DNA of 64,000 nt from an uncultured Clostridia bacterium (GTDB lineage Bacteria > Bacillota > Clostridia > Christensenellales > UBA1242), in contig CAJOLU010000005.1 in NCBI GenBank assembly GCA_905235475.1, positions 72,892-136,891 of the forward strand. The letters run 5' to 3'. The stretch's first letter is position 1, and each line of letters starts with the position of its first letter. Of the stretch, positions 8,397 to 17,229 are shown in pieces. The notes beneath the pieces are model-generated. The model searched no databases. It was not told where the DNA came from and saw only the letters and a list, made by a program, of their open reading frames with translations. The position numbers were made by a program, and so were the translations under genes.

Positions 8397-9647
8397 ATGA
8401 AAGATTTGATAAAAGTTCTTTTGGTTAGTCCACCCTACAAAGAAAAACAATTACATAAACAAGTTGCTGATTGGGATTTTATAAATGGAGTAAAATATAT
8501 GAATCCTGGTCTTTTAATTACTGCTTCTATACTGGATCAAAACAATATTGAAAATAAAATTATAAAAGTTGACCGCTTGGAGGATATGAGTTGTATTGAT
8601 AAAGAACTTGATTTTTATGGCGATCTTTTGGTTGGCGTTAGTTGTACGTCAGCATGGGAATATCTTGAAGCACTTAGTATATTAGATTATGTGAAAGATA
8701 AGAGAAAAGATGTAACAACATATATTGCAGGTTGGCAAATAAAAAGTATTGGCACAAAGGTTTTTGATGACAGTAAGGCTGTTGATTTTGCTATTTTATC
8801 TGACGCTGAAACAACAACAATGAATTTACTTAATAATTTCAAAAATCTAAATTATCATGATATTGGGATTGTTTCAAGACAAAATAGAGTTATAAAAAAT
8901 GGTAAAACTGATTTTAATTTTCAGGTTATTGATTTTTCAAAATATCCAAATTACAACGATTATATTCCTTTTGTTGAGGATAGCAGAAATTGTCCATATA
9001 GGTGTAATTTTTGTCTTAATTCAGTTGTAAAGGAACGTTATAGAAATGTTCCGCTCGATGTAATAAAAAAGAATATAGAAAATATTGAAAAATTGTATGG
9101 ACCAGAAACTGAAGTAAATTTTTTATCAGCAAATTTTGGAGTGAATGCTCAAAGAACTTTGGAACTTTTAGATTACTTAAATGAGAAAAGGCTAAAGTGG
9201 AATTTTGAGTTTCATGTAGACAATCCTTGGGAAAAATATATAGACAAAATAAAGCTTGCAAATTTAAAAAAATGTAGTATAGGGTTTGAATCAGCAAACA
9301 TATCAACTCTTCAAGCGATGAATAAAACAAGAAATCCAGAAAATTATTTAAAGCGTTTTGATTTGTTAATAAACAAGTTAAACGAAATGGGGATTAAACC
9401 TAGCATAAATGTTTTATACTATCCGTCAGACACGGAGCAATCCATAAAAGATACAAACGACTTTTTAAAAAAGTATGAAGGGAAGTATAGAAAAATAAGA
9501 AAGAATTTTACTATTGGATTTGAAGGGGTTTTAAAAAATTTTGATGGATATAAAACTGAAGAAAATGACTATTTTAAAAAAATTCATGCAAAACCAATTT
9601 GTCCAAAAGGTATGAGTATGAAAGAAACTTTGGATTTGTGTAAATAA
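8397..9647 (+). CDS. Radical SAM enzyme with an N-terminal B12-binding-like domain
   Basis: CxxxCxxC cluster motif CPYRCNFC and an N-terminal IKVLLVSPPY Rossmann-like start typical of class B radical SAM proteins. Start moved to the ATG at 8397, because the TTG at 8349 lies inside the promoter. Confidence 0.75.
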   Translation: MKDLIKVLLVSPPYKEKQLHKQVADWDFINGVKYMNPGLLITASILDQNNIENKIIKVDRLEDMSCIDKELDFYGDLLVGVSCTSAWEYLEALSILDYVKDKRKDVTTYIAGWQIKSIGTKVFDDSKAVDFAILSDAETTTMNLLNNFKNLNYHDIGIVSRQNRVIKNGKTDFNFQVIDFSKYPNYNDYIPFVEDSRNCPYRCNFCLNSVVKERYRNVPLDVIKKNIENIEKLYGPETEVNFLSANFGVNAQRTLELLDYLNEKRLKWNFEFHVDNPWEKYIDKIKLANLKKCSIGFESANISTLQAMNKTRNPENYLKRFDLLINKLNEMGIKPSINVLYYPSDTEQSIKDTNDFLKKYEGKYRKIRKNFTIGFEGVLKNFDGYKTEENDYFKKIHAKPICPKGMSMKETLDLCK

Positions 9648-9671
9648 AAAATTTGTATGAGGATGTAAAAA

Positions 9672-10379
9672 ATGAAATTATCAAAAAAAAACAATTTCAG
9701 CTTTAAAAAAAGATTAAAAAGATTTTTTATAAGGTACAGGGGAAAATATTATGCACAAAATGGTGAAGATATAGTGGTTTGGCAATATTTAAAAAATATA
9801 AAAAACATCCGTGATGTAACATATCTAGATATTGGGTGTGGAGATTGTAAATTTCTTAGCAATACATATTTGTTATATACAATGGGTGCAAGTGGATATG
9901 TCTGTGATGCAAATCAAAATTATGAGAAAAAATATAAAAGGTTAAGACCTAGAGATAAATTTTTGAATTATCTTATAACAAACTCATTAAATCAAAACAA
10001 AAAATTTTTTATAACGGATATGAGAGAACTTAGCACTTGTGATGAAACAAAAATCAAATATTTAACAGAAAATGGATTTAAAATTAAAAGTGAAAAAAAT
10101 GTTCCAACAAAAACACTTAATGAAGTTTGGGGTGAAGTCACAAAGGAAAAAGAAATAGATTTTTTATCATTAGATATTGAATCAGATGAAATCAATCTTT
10201 TGGAAAATCTTGATATGACAAATCATAAACCGATAGTGATTTGTGTTGAAGTTGTTGATTTTGAAACAGGAGAAAACTCATCAAAGACAGAATCGTTTAT
10301 TGAATATATGAAAAAGAAAAATTTCAAAGTTCTTTTGAACACAAAAGTAAATATAATTTTTGTTAGAGAGGGGGGATAA
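9672..10379 (+). CDS. FkbM-family SAM-dependent methyltransferase
   Basis: YAQNGEDIVVWQYL and the glycine-rich LDIGCGDCKF SAM motif, with a size typical of Methyltransf_21 proteins. Confidence 0.6.
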   Translation: MKLSKKNNFSFKKRLKRFFIRYRGKYYAQNGEDIVVWQYLKNIKNIRDVTYLDIGCGDCKFLSNTYLLYTMGASGYVCDANQNYEKKYKRLRPRDKFLNYLITNSLNQNKKFFITDMRELSTCDETKIKYLTENGFKIKSEKNVPTKTLNEVWGEVTKEKEIDFLSLDIESDEINLLENLDMTNHKPIVICVEVVDFETGENSSKTESFIEYMKKKNFKVLLNTKVNIIFVREGG

Positions 10380-10381
10380 AA

Positions 10382-11977
10382 ATGAAAAAAAATTATTTAA
10401 TTATTGGATGTGGACAAATAGGAAAATCTGTTTTAAGTAAAGTTCTAAATAGAGATGATGTTGGAAAGATAATTATTCATAATTTAACAAGTGAGGAAAA
10501 TAAAACCATACAAAAAGTATGTAAAGATGAAAATATTATTTATAGTTATGGAAATATATTTTTCCCAACAAAATATTGTCAAAAAGAAGATTTTAACAAT
10601 GAAGAACTTGAGCAACTCATAAAATATTTTTATGAAGAAAGCGATGAAAATGTAATAAAACAATCAAAACTTTATGAGCTTGTTGAAAAATATAATCCAG
10701 AGGTGATTGTTGATACTATAAATACGGCAACAATTTTTGGAAATAATTTTAAACCTGAAAATACTTTTAAACTATATTTAGAAGATAGTAAAAGGTGTTG
10801 TAAAGAGTTGATGATGGGTGAGTTTGTTACAAAATTTGAAAAATTTATTTCCACTTTAAAGTATTGTATTGAAAATATGGGTGTAAAAAAATATATAAAA
10901 GTTTCAACAACTGGTTTAGGGGGAATGGGTCTTAATATGCCGTATACTCATGGCGACAACCCTAAATCCACATTATCAAATGCTTTAATAGGAAAGATTT
11001 CTGCAAGTGGAACATTTCACCAACTTTTGTGGAATTTATCTCACATACCGAATTTTGATATTGCACTAATTATACCAGCAACTTTTGTGGGTTATGATTT
11101 CTTTGAAAATGGTTTTGTGGAAACGAATATAGGGAATGTATTAGAACAATCAAAATACAATGATTATGACCTAAATAAAACAAAAAAACTATTGTTTAGT
11201 GAAAAAACTGATGAAAAATATATAAAATTTCCAGTAGTAAGAGCGGGAGAAAATCATGTTTATTCAATTAATGAATTAAAAGTTTTGACATCAATTGGCC
11301 AAATGGAGGCGATAACAAAAGAGGAAGTGTCAAATGCTGTCCTGAAAGAGATTGATGGGAAATCAACTTCAAATATTTTGCTTGCACTTGATAAATATGC
11401 GTTAGCTCCAACATATGCTGGAAGAAAAATGATTGAAGAAATACTTGAAAAAAATAAACACACTCCACAAACATATGGAGTTGCAACAGGAAATTTGGGT
11501 GTAAGTTGTGCAAAGCATCTTTATGAACTTTGGTTTGTTAAAAGAATTTACCCAACATTAGAAGATATTTTTAATAAGCAAATTTCTGATGAAAACATCA
11601 ATGTGGCAATCAATAAAATTCTTTTGAGTGACAAAGAAATTATAAAAGAAATTATATCATTAGGAATGCCAGTATTGTATGGAGATAATCAAATAATTTT
11701 AGGTTCATATAGCTTGGTTCCAGAAACTATAAACAATGAAGAATTAACATTATCTGAAATAGAGAATTTTAGTAAAATCGGTTGGGTTGACTTAAGGGCA
11801 AATTCAATCAAAAGTTGGAAGAAAGATATATGTGAAACTATGAAATATTTGCAAGACAAAAAATATTATTTTGATAATTTTGATATTTATTATAACAAAT
11901 TGGTGTTAAATGATTATGATATAGCGGAAATTTTGGGACTTATATATAATAACAAAAATAAACATAGAATAAAATAA
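10382..11977 (+). CDS. NAD(P)-binding Rossmann-fold protein of unknown function
   Basis: N-terminal YLIIGCGQIGKSV dinucleotide-binding motif. The remaining ~480 aa are not recognisable. A strong SD (GAGGGGGGA) lies 2 nt after the preceding stop. Confidence 0.5.
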   Translation: MKKNYLIIGCGQIGKSVLSKVLNRDDVGKIIIHNLTSEENKTIQKVCKDENIIYSYGNIFFPTKYCQKEDFNNEELEQLIKYFYEESDENVIKQSKLYELVEKYNPEVIVDTINTATIFGNNFKPENTFKLYLEDSKRCCKELMMGEFVTKFEKFISTLKYCIENMGVKKYIKVSTTGLGGMGLNMPYTHGDNPKSTLSNALIGKISASGTFHQLLWNLSHIPNFDIALIIPATFVGYDFFENGFVETNIGNVLEQSKYNDYDLNKTKKLLFSEKTDEKYIKFPVVRAGENHVYSINELKVLTSIGQMEAITKEEVSNAVLKEIDGKSTSNILLALDKYALAPTYAGRKMIEEILEKNKHTPQTYGVATGNLGVSCAKHLYELWFVKRIYPTLEDIFNKQISDENINVAINKILLSDKEIIKEIISLGMPVLYGDNQIILGSYSLVPETINNEELTLSEIENFSKIGWVDLRANSIKSWKKDICETMKYLQDKKYYFDNFDIYYNKLVLNDYDIAEILGLIYNNKNKHRIK

Positions 11978-11990
11978 AAGGAACAAAAAA

Positions 11991-13094
11991 ATGAAAAAAT
12001 TACCAGTATATGTTACGGGAGATAGGCCAACAGGAAAATTGCATCTTGGTCATCTTGTCGGGAGTTTGAGAAAAAGAGTTGAAATGCAAAACTCAGGAAA
12101 GTACGATTGTTATGTCTTTATCGCAGACATGCAAGCACTAACAGACAATGCGAAAAATCCAGAAAAAATACGAAAAAATGTGCTTGAAGTTGCTTTGGAT
12201 TATTTGTCGGTTGGAGTTGATCCTAAAAAAAGTACAATATTTTTACAATCACAAGTGCCACAACTTTGTGAACTTACATTTATATATTTAAATTTGGTAA
12301 CAGTTTCAAGGTTGGAGCGTAATCCGACAGTAAAAAATGAAATAAAAGAAAAAGGTTTTAAAACAAACATACCAGCAGGATTTTTGGTTTATCCAGTAAG
12401 TCAAGCAGCAGATACAACAGCATTTTTAGCGAATTATATTCCAACAGGGGAAGATCAACTTCCTGTCACTGAGCAAGGTAGAGAAATTGTTCGAACTTTT
12501 AATAGTATTTATGGTGATGTCCTAGTTGAAGCTGAAGGTGTTTTGGCAGACTCTGATAAATGCTATAGACTTCCAGGGATTGATGGAAAAGGGAAGATGA
12601 GCAAATCGCTTGGTAATGCTATATATCTTTCTGATGATACTGAAACAGTGAGGAAAAAAGTTTTTGACATGTATACAGATCCAGAGCATATAACAGTTGA
12701 TATGCCTGGTCATGTAAAAGGCAATATTGTATTTACATATTTGGATGCTTTTGCTACGCCAGAGTCCTTTAAAAAGTTTTTGCCTAACGATAATTATACA
12801 TGTTTAGATGATATGAAAAAGCATTATGAGAAGGGCGGGCTTGGTGATGTTAAAATAAAGAAATTTCTTTTTGATATAATTGAGGATATTTTGCAACCAA
12901 TTAGAGAAAAAAGAAGATATTATGAACAAAATATTGATGAAGTAATTCAAATTTTAAAAGATGGTAGTGAACAGGCAAGAATAGTTGCATCTCAAACTGT
13001 TAAAAAAGTAAGAAAGGCAATGGGGATTGAATATTTTGAAGATGATGCCCTGATTGAATATTATAAAAATAAATTTCACGAAAATGGAGAGTAA
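11991..13094 (+). CDS. trpS: Tryptophan--tRNA ligase (class Ic)
   Basis: HIGH motif GKLHLGH, FIADMQALTDN, GEDQ and KMSKS (GKMSKSLGNAI). No T-box leader; the gene is embedded in the operon. Confidence 0.85.
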   Translation: MKKLPVYVTGDRPTGKLHLGHLVGSLRKRVEMQNSGKYDCYVFIADMQALTDNAKNPEKIRKNVLEVALDYLSVGVDPKKSTIFLQSQVPQLCELTFIYLNLVTVSRLERNPTVKNEIKEKGFKTNIPAGFLVYPVSQAADTTAFLANYIPTGEDQLPVTEQGREIVRTFNSIYGDVLVEAEGVLADSDKCYRLPGIDGKGKMSKSLGNAIYLSDDTETVRKKVFDMYTDPEHITVDMPGHVKGNIVFTYLDAFATPESFKKFLPNDNYTCLDDMKKHYEKGGLGDVKIKKFLFDIIEDILQPIREKRRYYEQNIDEVIQILKDGSEQARIVASQTVKKVRKAMGIEYFEDDALIEYYKNKFHENGE

Positions 13095-13096
13095 TC

Positions 13097-14815
13097 ATGA
13101 GAATTTATGGAAATGGTGGATTTGGGAAAAAGGCTGAAATGTTATATTTGCTGAAGAAAACTTTTCCACATCTTGCTGATTTTATTCCTAAATCGTATAT
13201 TATAGATTCAAGTGTTTTTGATCAAATAATGGCAAAAAACAACAAAGATGAAATAAAAACTTGTGAGGATATTCAAATTGATGATGAACTTTTAAATAAA
13301 GTTTATGGTGAAGTTATTAGTTATTTTAAAGATGCGCCATTAGTTTTTAGAAGTTCAGCATTTATAGAAGATACAGTTTTATTTAGTGCTTCCGGTCAAT
13401 ATAAAACTTGTGTTAACATAAAAAATAAAAATGAAGCAAAACTTGCATTACAGAAAATTTATTTTTCAATGCTTAACCGAAATGCGAAAATTTACGAGGA
13501 CTCATTTAATCTTGCTTCAGGAATAAATAAAATGTCTATTTTGGTTCAGGAGCTTATGATTGTTGATATGGCTGGAGTTTTGTTTTCTGTTAATCCAATA
13601 AATGGTGAGCATGAAACAATAATTGAATACGAAAAAGGAAATGGTGTGAATATTGTTGCTGGTTCAGCACCAGCGGTGGAAAGAATTGTTATAAAAAATG
13701 ATAATATATCAAAATCTTTGCCGGATTTTAAAAAGCTTTATGAAATATCAAAAGAGATAAAAGATTTTTTAGGATATGAAATTGATTTTGAATGGGGAAT
13801 AAAAGATGGAAAAATATATATTTTTCAGGTAAGGCCTTGCAAAATCTCTCTAAAAAAGACTGAATTTACTGATTATGAATGTGATGAAATTATTCCATGT
13901 GAAGTGTTTTCTCGAGGATATGCTATTGGCAAGATTAATTCCAGGGATAAGCTTGAGGACTACAATATTATAGGGGATATTAGAAAATTTGAAGCAGATA
14001 ATATTGAATTAATTCAAAAATCTTCTGGCTTGATTGTGAATGTGGGTGGATATTTATCTCATATCGCAAATATCTGTAGAGAGTTTGAAAAAGTTTTTGT
14101 CCGATGTGAAAAAGAATTTAAACAAGGTGAAATTGTTTTTATAGATGGTTTTAAAGGTCAAATTATGCCTTTAAAAAGCATAAAGAAAAACTTTGCGAAA
14201 GTTTTTTGGGATACTTTTTTATATCAAGCTAGGCAAATAAATAGTTTATCCATAAAATCAAACGGCATAATTTCAGCAAATTATGAACATGTTTGGGAAA
14301 TTGTATTTTTTGATTTTGATGAAGAAAAACTAATTTCGAAGCTGAAGGAGAAGGGTTTTTGCTGTAAGGAGCAAGTTAAAAAATATCAAACGTATGATTA
14401 TGAGAATAAAGATTTAATAAAAGAAAACATGGAATTTCGAATATCGCAAACAAATGAAGAAACCGTAATACAGCTTAAATCATTTAATACCTCAGAAACA
14501 ACAAATTTTAGATTTGACAGAAGTATGAAGCTCTATTTTCAGAACGAAAAATATGCAAAAAAATATATGAAAAATTTAGGTGTTATACAAACCGGAACCT
14601 TTGAAAGACATGAGAAACTTTTTCAAAGTCCGACAAATGACGTCCTGGTTAAATTCTTGAAATGGTCTGGTAAAAATGTTTATATTGGAATTGAATCAAA
14701 TAATATTTCAAATATACAGCATTTTATGAGTGAGTTTGGGTTAAGTGTTGACAACTCAGACAATATTGGTGGTGTTGAAATATTTAAAAAATTAAATATA
14801 AATTTTGTGGAGTGA
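13097..14815 (+). CDS. PEP-synthase/PPDK-like phosphotransferase (ATP-grasp plus phosphohistidine swivel) fused to a CYTH-like C-terminal domain
   Basis: PPDK_N-like GGFGKKAEMLYLL and FRSSAFIEDT..FSASGQYKT. The swivel-domain motif is GGYLSHIANICREF. The C-terminal ~200 aa show an alternating charged beta-strand pattern (EIVFFDFDE ... NVYIGIESN) reminiscent of CYTH. Confidence 0.6.
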   Translation: MRIYGNGGFGKKAEMLYLLKKTFPHLADFIPKSYIIDSSVFDQIMAKNNKDEIKTCEDIQIDDELLNKVYGEVISYFKDAPLVFRSSAFIEDTVLFSASGQYKTCVNIKNKNEAKLALQKIYFSMLNRNAKIYEDSFNLASGINKMSILVQELMIVDMAGVLFSVNPINGEHETIIEYEKGNGVNIVAGSAPAVERIVIKNDNISKSLPDFKKLYEISKEIKDFLGYEIDFEWGIKDGKIYIFQVRPCKISLKKTEFTDYECDEIIPCEVFSRGYAIGKINSRDKLEDYNIIGDIRKFEADNIELIQKSSGLIVNVGGYLSHIANICREFEKVFVRCEKEFKQGEIVFIDGFKGQIMPLKSIKKNFAKVFWDTFLYQARQINSLSIKSNGIISANYEHVWEIVFFDFDEEKLISKLKEKGFCCKEQVKKYQTYDYENKDLIKENMEFRISQTNEETVIQLKSFNTSETTNFRFDRSMKLYFQNEKYAKKYMKNLGVIQTGTFERHEKLFQSPTNDVLVKFLKWSGKNVYIGIESNNISNIQHFMSEFGLSVDNSDNIGGVEIFKKLNINFVE

Positions 14816-14821
14816 TAATTT

Positions 14822-15574
14822 ATGAAAAGAAAAGTTGTTATTTTAACAGATTGTATTGATGTTGCCTTTAACGAGATAAGGGGGGCAATATTTCAAAATG
14901 CATCAAATGATGAATTTGAAATTGAGCCAGTAGTAAAGGTTGATTCTTACAATATAGAAAATGTAAATTTTTTAGTTAAGTTGGTGGCAGAAATTTACCC
15001 AGAAGGAACTGTGATCTGCGTTATTGTGAATCCCTTAAAAATTAGAACAGAGAGAATAGTTGGAAGAACAAAAAAGAAAAATTTAATTTTTGAGGGAACA
15101 AACACTGGAGCATTTGATTGGCTCATCAAGGATTTTGGATGTAGTGAACTTTATGAGCTTTTTGATCCTGGATTTGTTCCTTTTGGTGGAAAATATGTCC
15201 ATGCGCCAGCTGTTGGAAAACTATTAAGTGGGAAAAAGTTAAGTGAACTTGGGAATATTTTTCCACTTGAAAAAGTAAGAAAGGTTGATATGGAAGAAAG
15301 CTGTATTTTGCATATTGACAACTTTGGAAACTTAAAGCTAAATCATAAATTAAAAGAGCATAATGAAGGTGACTTTTTAGAGGTGTTCATAAATAACAAA
15401 AAAATGACAATGAAATATGCTAAAAGAATGATGGCACTTGATGATGGTGAAATAATAATTTATCCAGGAAGTTCGTTTGGACTTACTGAAATTGGTATTG
15501 TTCGCGGAAATTTTGCTGAAACATTTGGCGTACAATATGGAGACAAGATAAAAATTAAGGAGTCTATTAAATGA
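14822..15574 (+). CDS. SAM hydroxide adenosyltransferase family protein (DUF62; fluorinase/chlorinase-like)
   Basis: N-terminal VVILTDCIDVAFNEIRG and C-terminal HIDNFGNLKLN match the family pattern LxTDFG...xxDxFGNxxTN. Confidence 0.6.
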   Translation: MKRKVVILTDCIDVAFNEIRGAIFQNASNDEFEIEPVVKVDSYNIENVNFLVKLVAEIYPEGTVICVIVNPLKIRTERIVGRTKKKNLIFEGTNTGAFDWLIKDFGCSELYELFDPGFVPFGGKYVHAPAVGKLLSGKKLSELGNIFPLEKVRKVDMEESCILHIDNFGNLKLNHKLKEHNEGDFLEVFINNKKMTMKYAKRMMALDDGEIIIYPGSSFGLTEIGIVRGNFAETFGVQYGDKIKIKESIK

Positions 15575-16530
15575 AGGATGTTATGATTACTGGAGCGAGA
15601 CCAACTGGTGCTTTGCATTGGGGACATTATATTAGTGTTTTTAAGAATTTATCTAAGCTACAAAATGATTTCAATACATTTTTTGTGGTTTCAGATGTTC
15701 ATTTTTTAACCACTAAAACAACACCTGATCAAATAAAAATGATAAAACCAAATACAATAAAAATGATTCTTGACTTAATTGCTATTGGGATGGATCCTAT
15801 CAATACAACTTTTTATCTTCAATCAAAAGCCCCATCTCATGGTAATATTTATTATCTGATACAAAATTTTATAGATTCACAAATGCTTTATAATCCGAGC
15901 ATTATTGAAATGGAAAAACATTCAAAAACAAAACCATCTTTAGGACTTTTGGCTTATTCAGTTCTTGAAAGTGCTGATATTTTGGGGATTGGAGCAAAAA
16001 AGGTTCCTGTTGGATTTGATAATATAGAGCATGTAAATATAACAAATAAAATTATTGACAAAATAAATACTACTTTTGGTTCGGACATTCAAAAACCAGA
16101 AGCGATAATATCTGCTGAGACAACAAAACTTATTGGAACGGATGGTTATGAAAAAATGAGTAAAAGTTTGGGTAATTCCATAAATATCGGTGATTCAAGG
16201 GAAATACTTGTTAAAAAGATAAGAGAAATGAAATGGAATGATGATGAAAATCATAATGCTCTTTTGCAATATACAAAACTTTTTGATTTAAATAAATATC
16301 AGATATTTAGAGAAAAAGGTAGAGATGCAACAAAAGAAATAAAAGATTTTTTAATTGAAAATTTTTCAAAAGAAAATTATAAGTTTGAAAATCGTGTTGC
16401 ACCGTATAAAGAAGATGAGAATTTAATAATTGAACTTTTGAAAAAGGGAAGCGAAATTGCTGAACAGAGATATTTAAAAATGTTTCAGAATTTGAAAAAT
16501 ATATTAGGAATGTGGGATTTAACTAAATAA
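15571..16530 (+). CDS. Divergent TrpRS-like class I aminoacyl-tRNA ligase paralogue
   Basis: GARPTGALHWGHY (HIGH changed to HWGH), VSDVHFLT, GFDN in place of GEDQ, and an intact KMSKS. It overlaps the preceding gene by 4 nt (ATGA). Confidence 0.7.
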   Translation: MKDVMITGARPTGALHWGHYISVFKNLSKLQNDFNTFFVVSDVHFLTTKTTPDQIKMIKPNTIKMILDLIAIGMDPINTTFYLQSKAPSHGNIYYLIQNFIDSQMLYNPSIIEMEKHSKTKPSLGLLAYSVLESADILGIGAKKVPVGFDNIEHVNITNKIIDKINTTFGSDIQKPEAIISAETTKLIGTDGYEKMSKSLGNSINIGDSREILVKKIREMKWNDDENHNALLQYTKLFDLNKYQIFREKGRDATKEIKDFLIENFSKENYKFENRVAPYKEDENLIIELLKKGSEIAEQRYLKMFQNLKNILGMWDLTK

Positions 16531-16593
16531 AAATGAGTAAAAACAAGAGGTATTAAATTATTTTTAAGTTTTGTCATTTTATGGTGAAAATGA

Positions 16594-17118
16594 ATAAAAG
16601 ATAATTATGAACTCATCAATGTTGCTGTAACTAGAGCAAAAACAAAATTGGTTATTGCTGCAGATTGTGAATGCGTTGATAAACTCTCAGATAAGAAAGA
16701 TAATTTATATAATTTGGTTCAATATACAAAAAATAATGGTAATATTGTCGTTTCAGCGAATGAATCAATTAAGATTGAGATAGGTAAGTCAAACGGAAGT
16801 GCTTATGAAGATGAATTTTTTAAAACAGTTTCTCATTTCTGTTCTTGCCATAAAACTTTTGAAGCAGAACGAAATGTTAAGATTTCAAAACTATTTAAAA
16901 ATGAAAATATAAATAGCAATATGGAATTCGATTTAGTCATATATGAAAAAGTTTTATTTAGAAAAAAACCAGTAATAGTTTTTGAAATTTATGGCTGAGA
17001 ATATTTTGGAACTTTGCCTAGAGAAATGTCTGATAGAAGGAAGATGGGGATATGTAAAAACAATGGAGTGAAACTTATTTTTTCCCAAACAATTTTGTTA
17101 AGGCGTATGAATATATAG
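16594..17118 (+). pseudogene. Remnant of an SF1 helicase C-terminus plus an endonuclease-like (DUF559/Vsr-like) domain
   Basis: Begins mid-gene with helicase motif VI ELINVAVTRAKTKLVIA and has no N-terminal helicase core. An in-frame TGA at 16996 (FEIYG*EYFG) breaks the C-terminal domain. Confidence 0.6.
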
Positions 17119-17193
17119 CAGATATAATTCTATCATCTAAAGATAAGAACAAAAGTATTCAGCAATCAATGTTTGATGATGAAATAATATAAA

Positions 17194-17223
17194 AAATCAC
17201 CCATAAAATAGGGTGATTTTTTG
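17194..17223 (+). terminator. Rho-independent terminator at the right end of the island
   Basis: Stem ATCACCC / GGGTGAT followed by TTTTTT. Confidence 0.7.
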
Positions 17224-17229
17224 TTCATT

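Noticed and set aside
16996-16998. Possible TGA recoding (genetic code 4 or 25) suggested by the in-frame TGA in FEIYG*EYFG
   Set aside because: Conserved Trp positions in recA and other genes use TGG. TGA terminates well-defined genes (13097-14815, 14822-15574). The organism has a full sporulation gene set typical of code-11 Bacillota. The TGA is therefore better explained as a pseudogene lesion.
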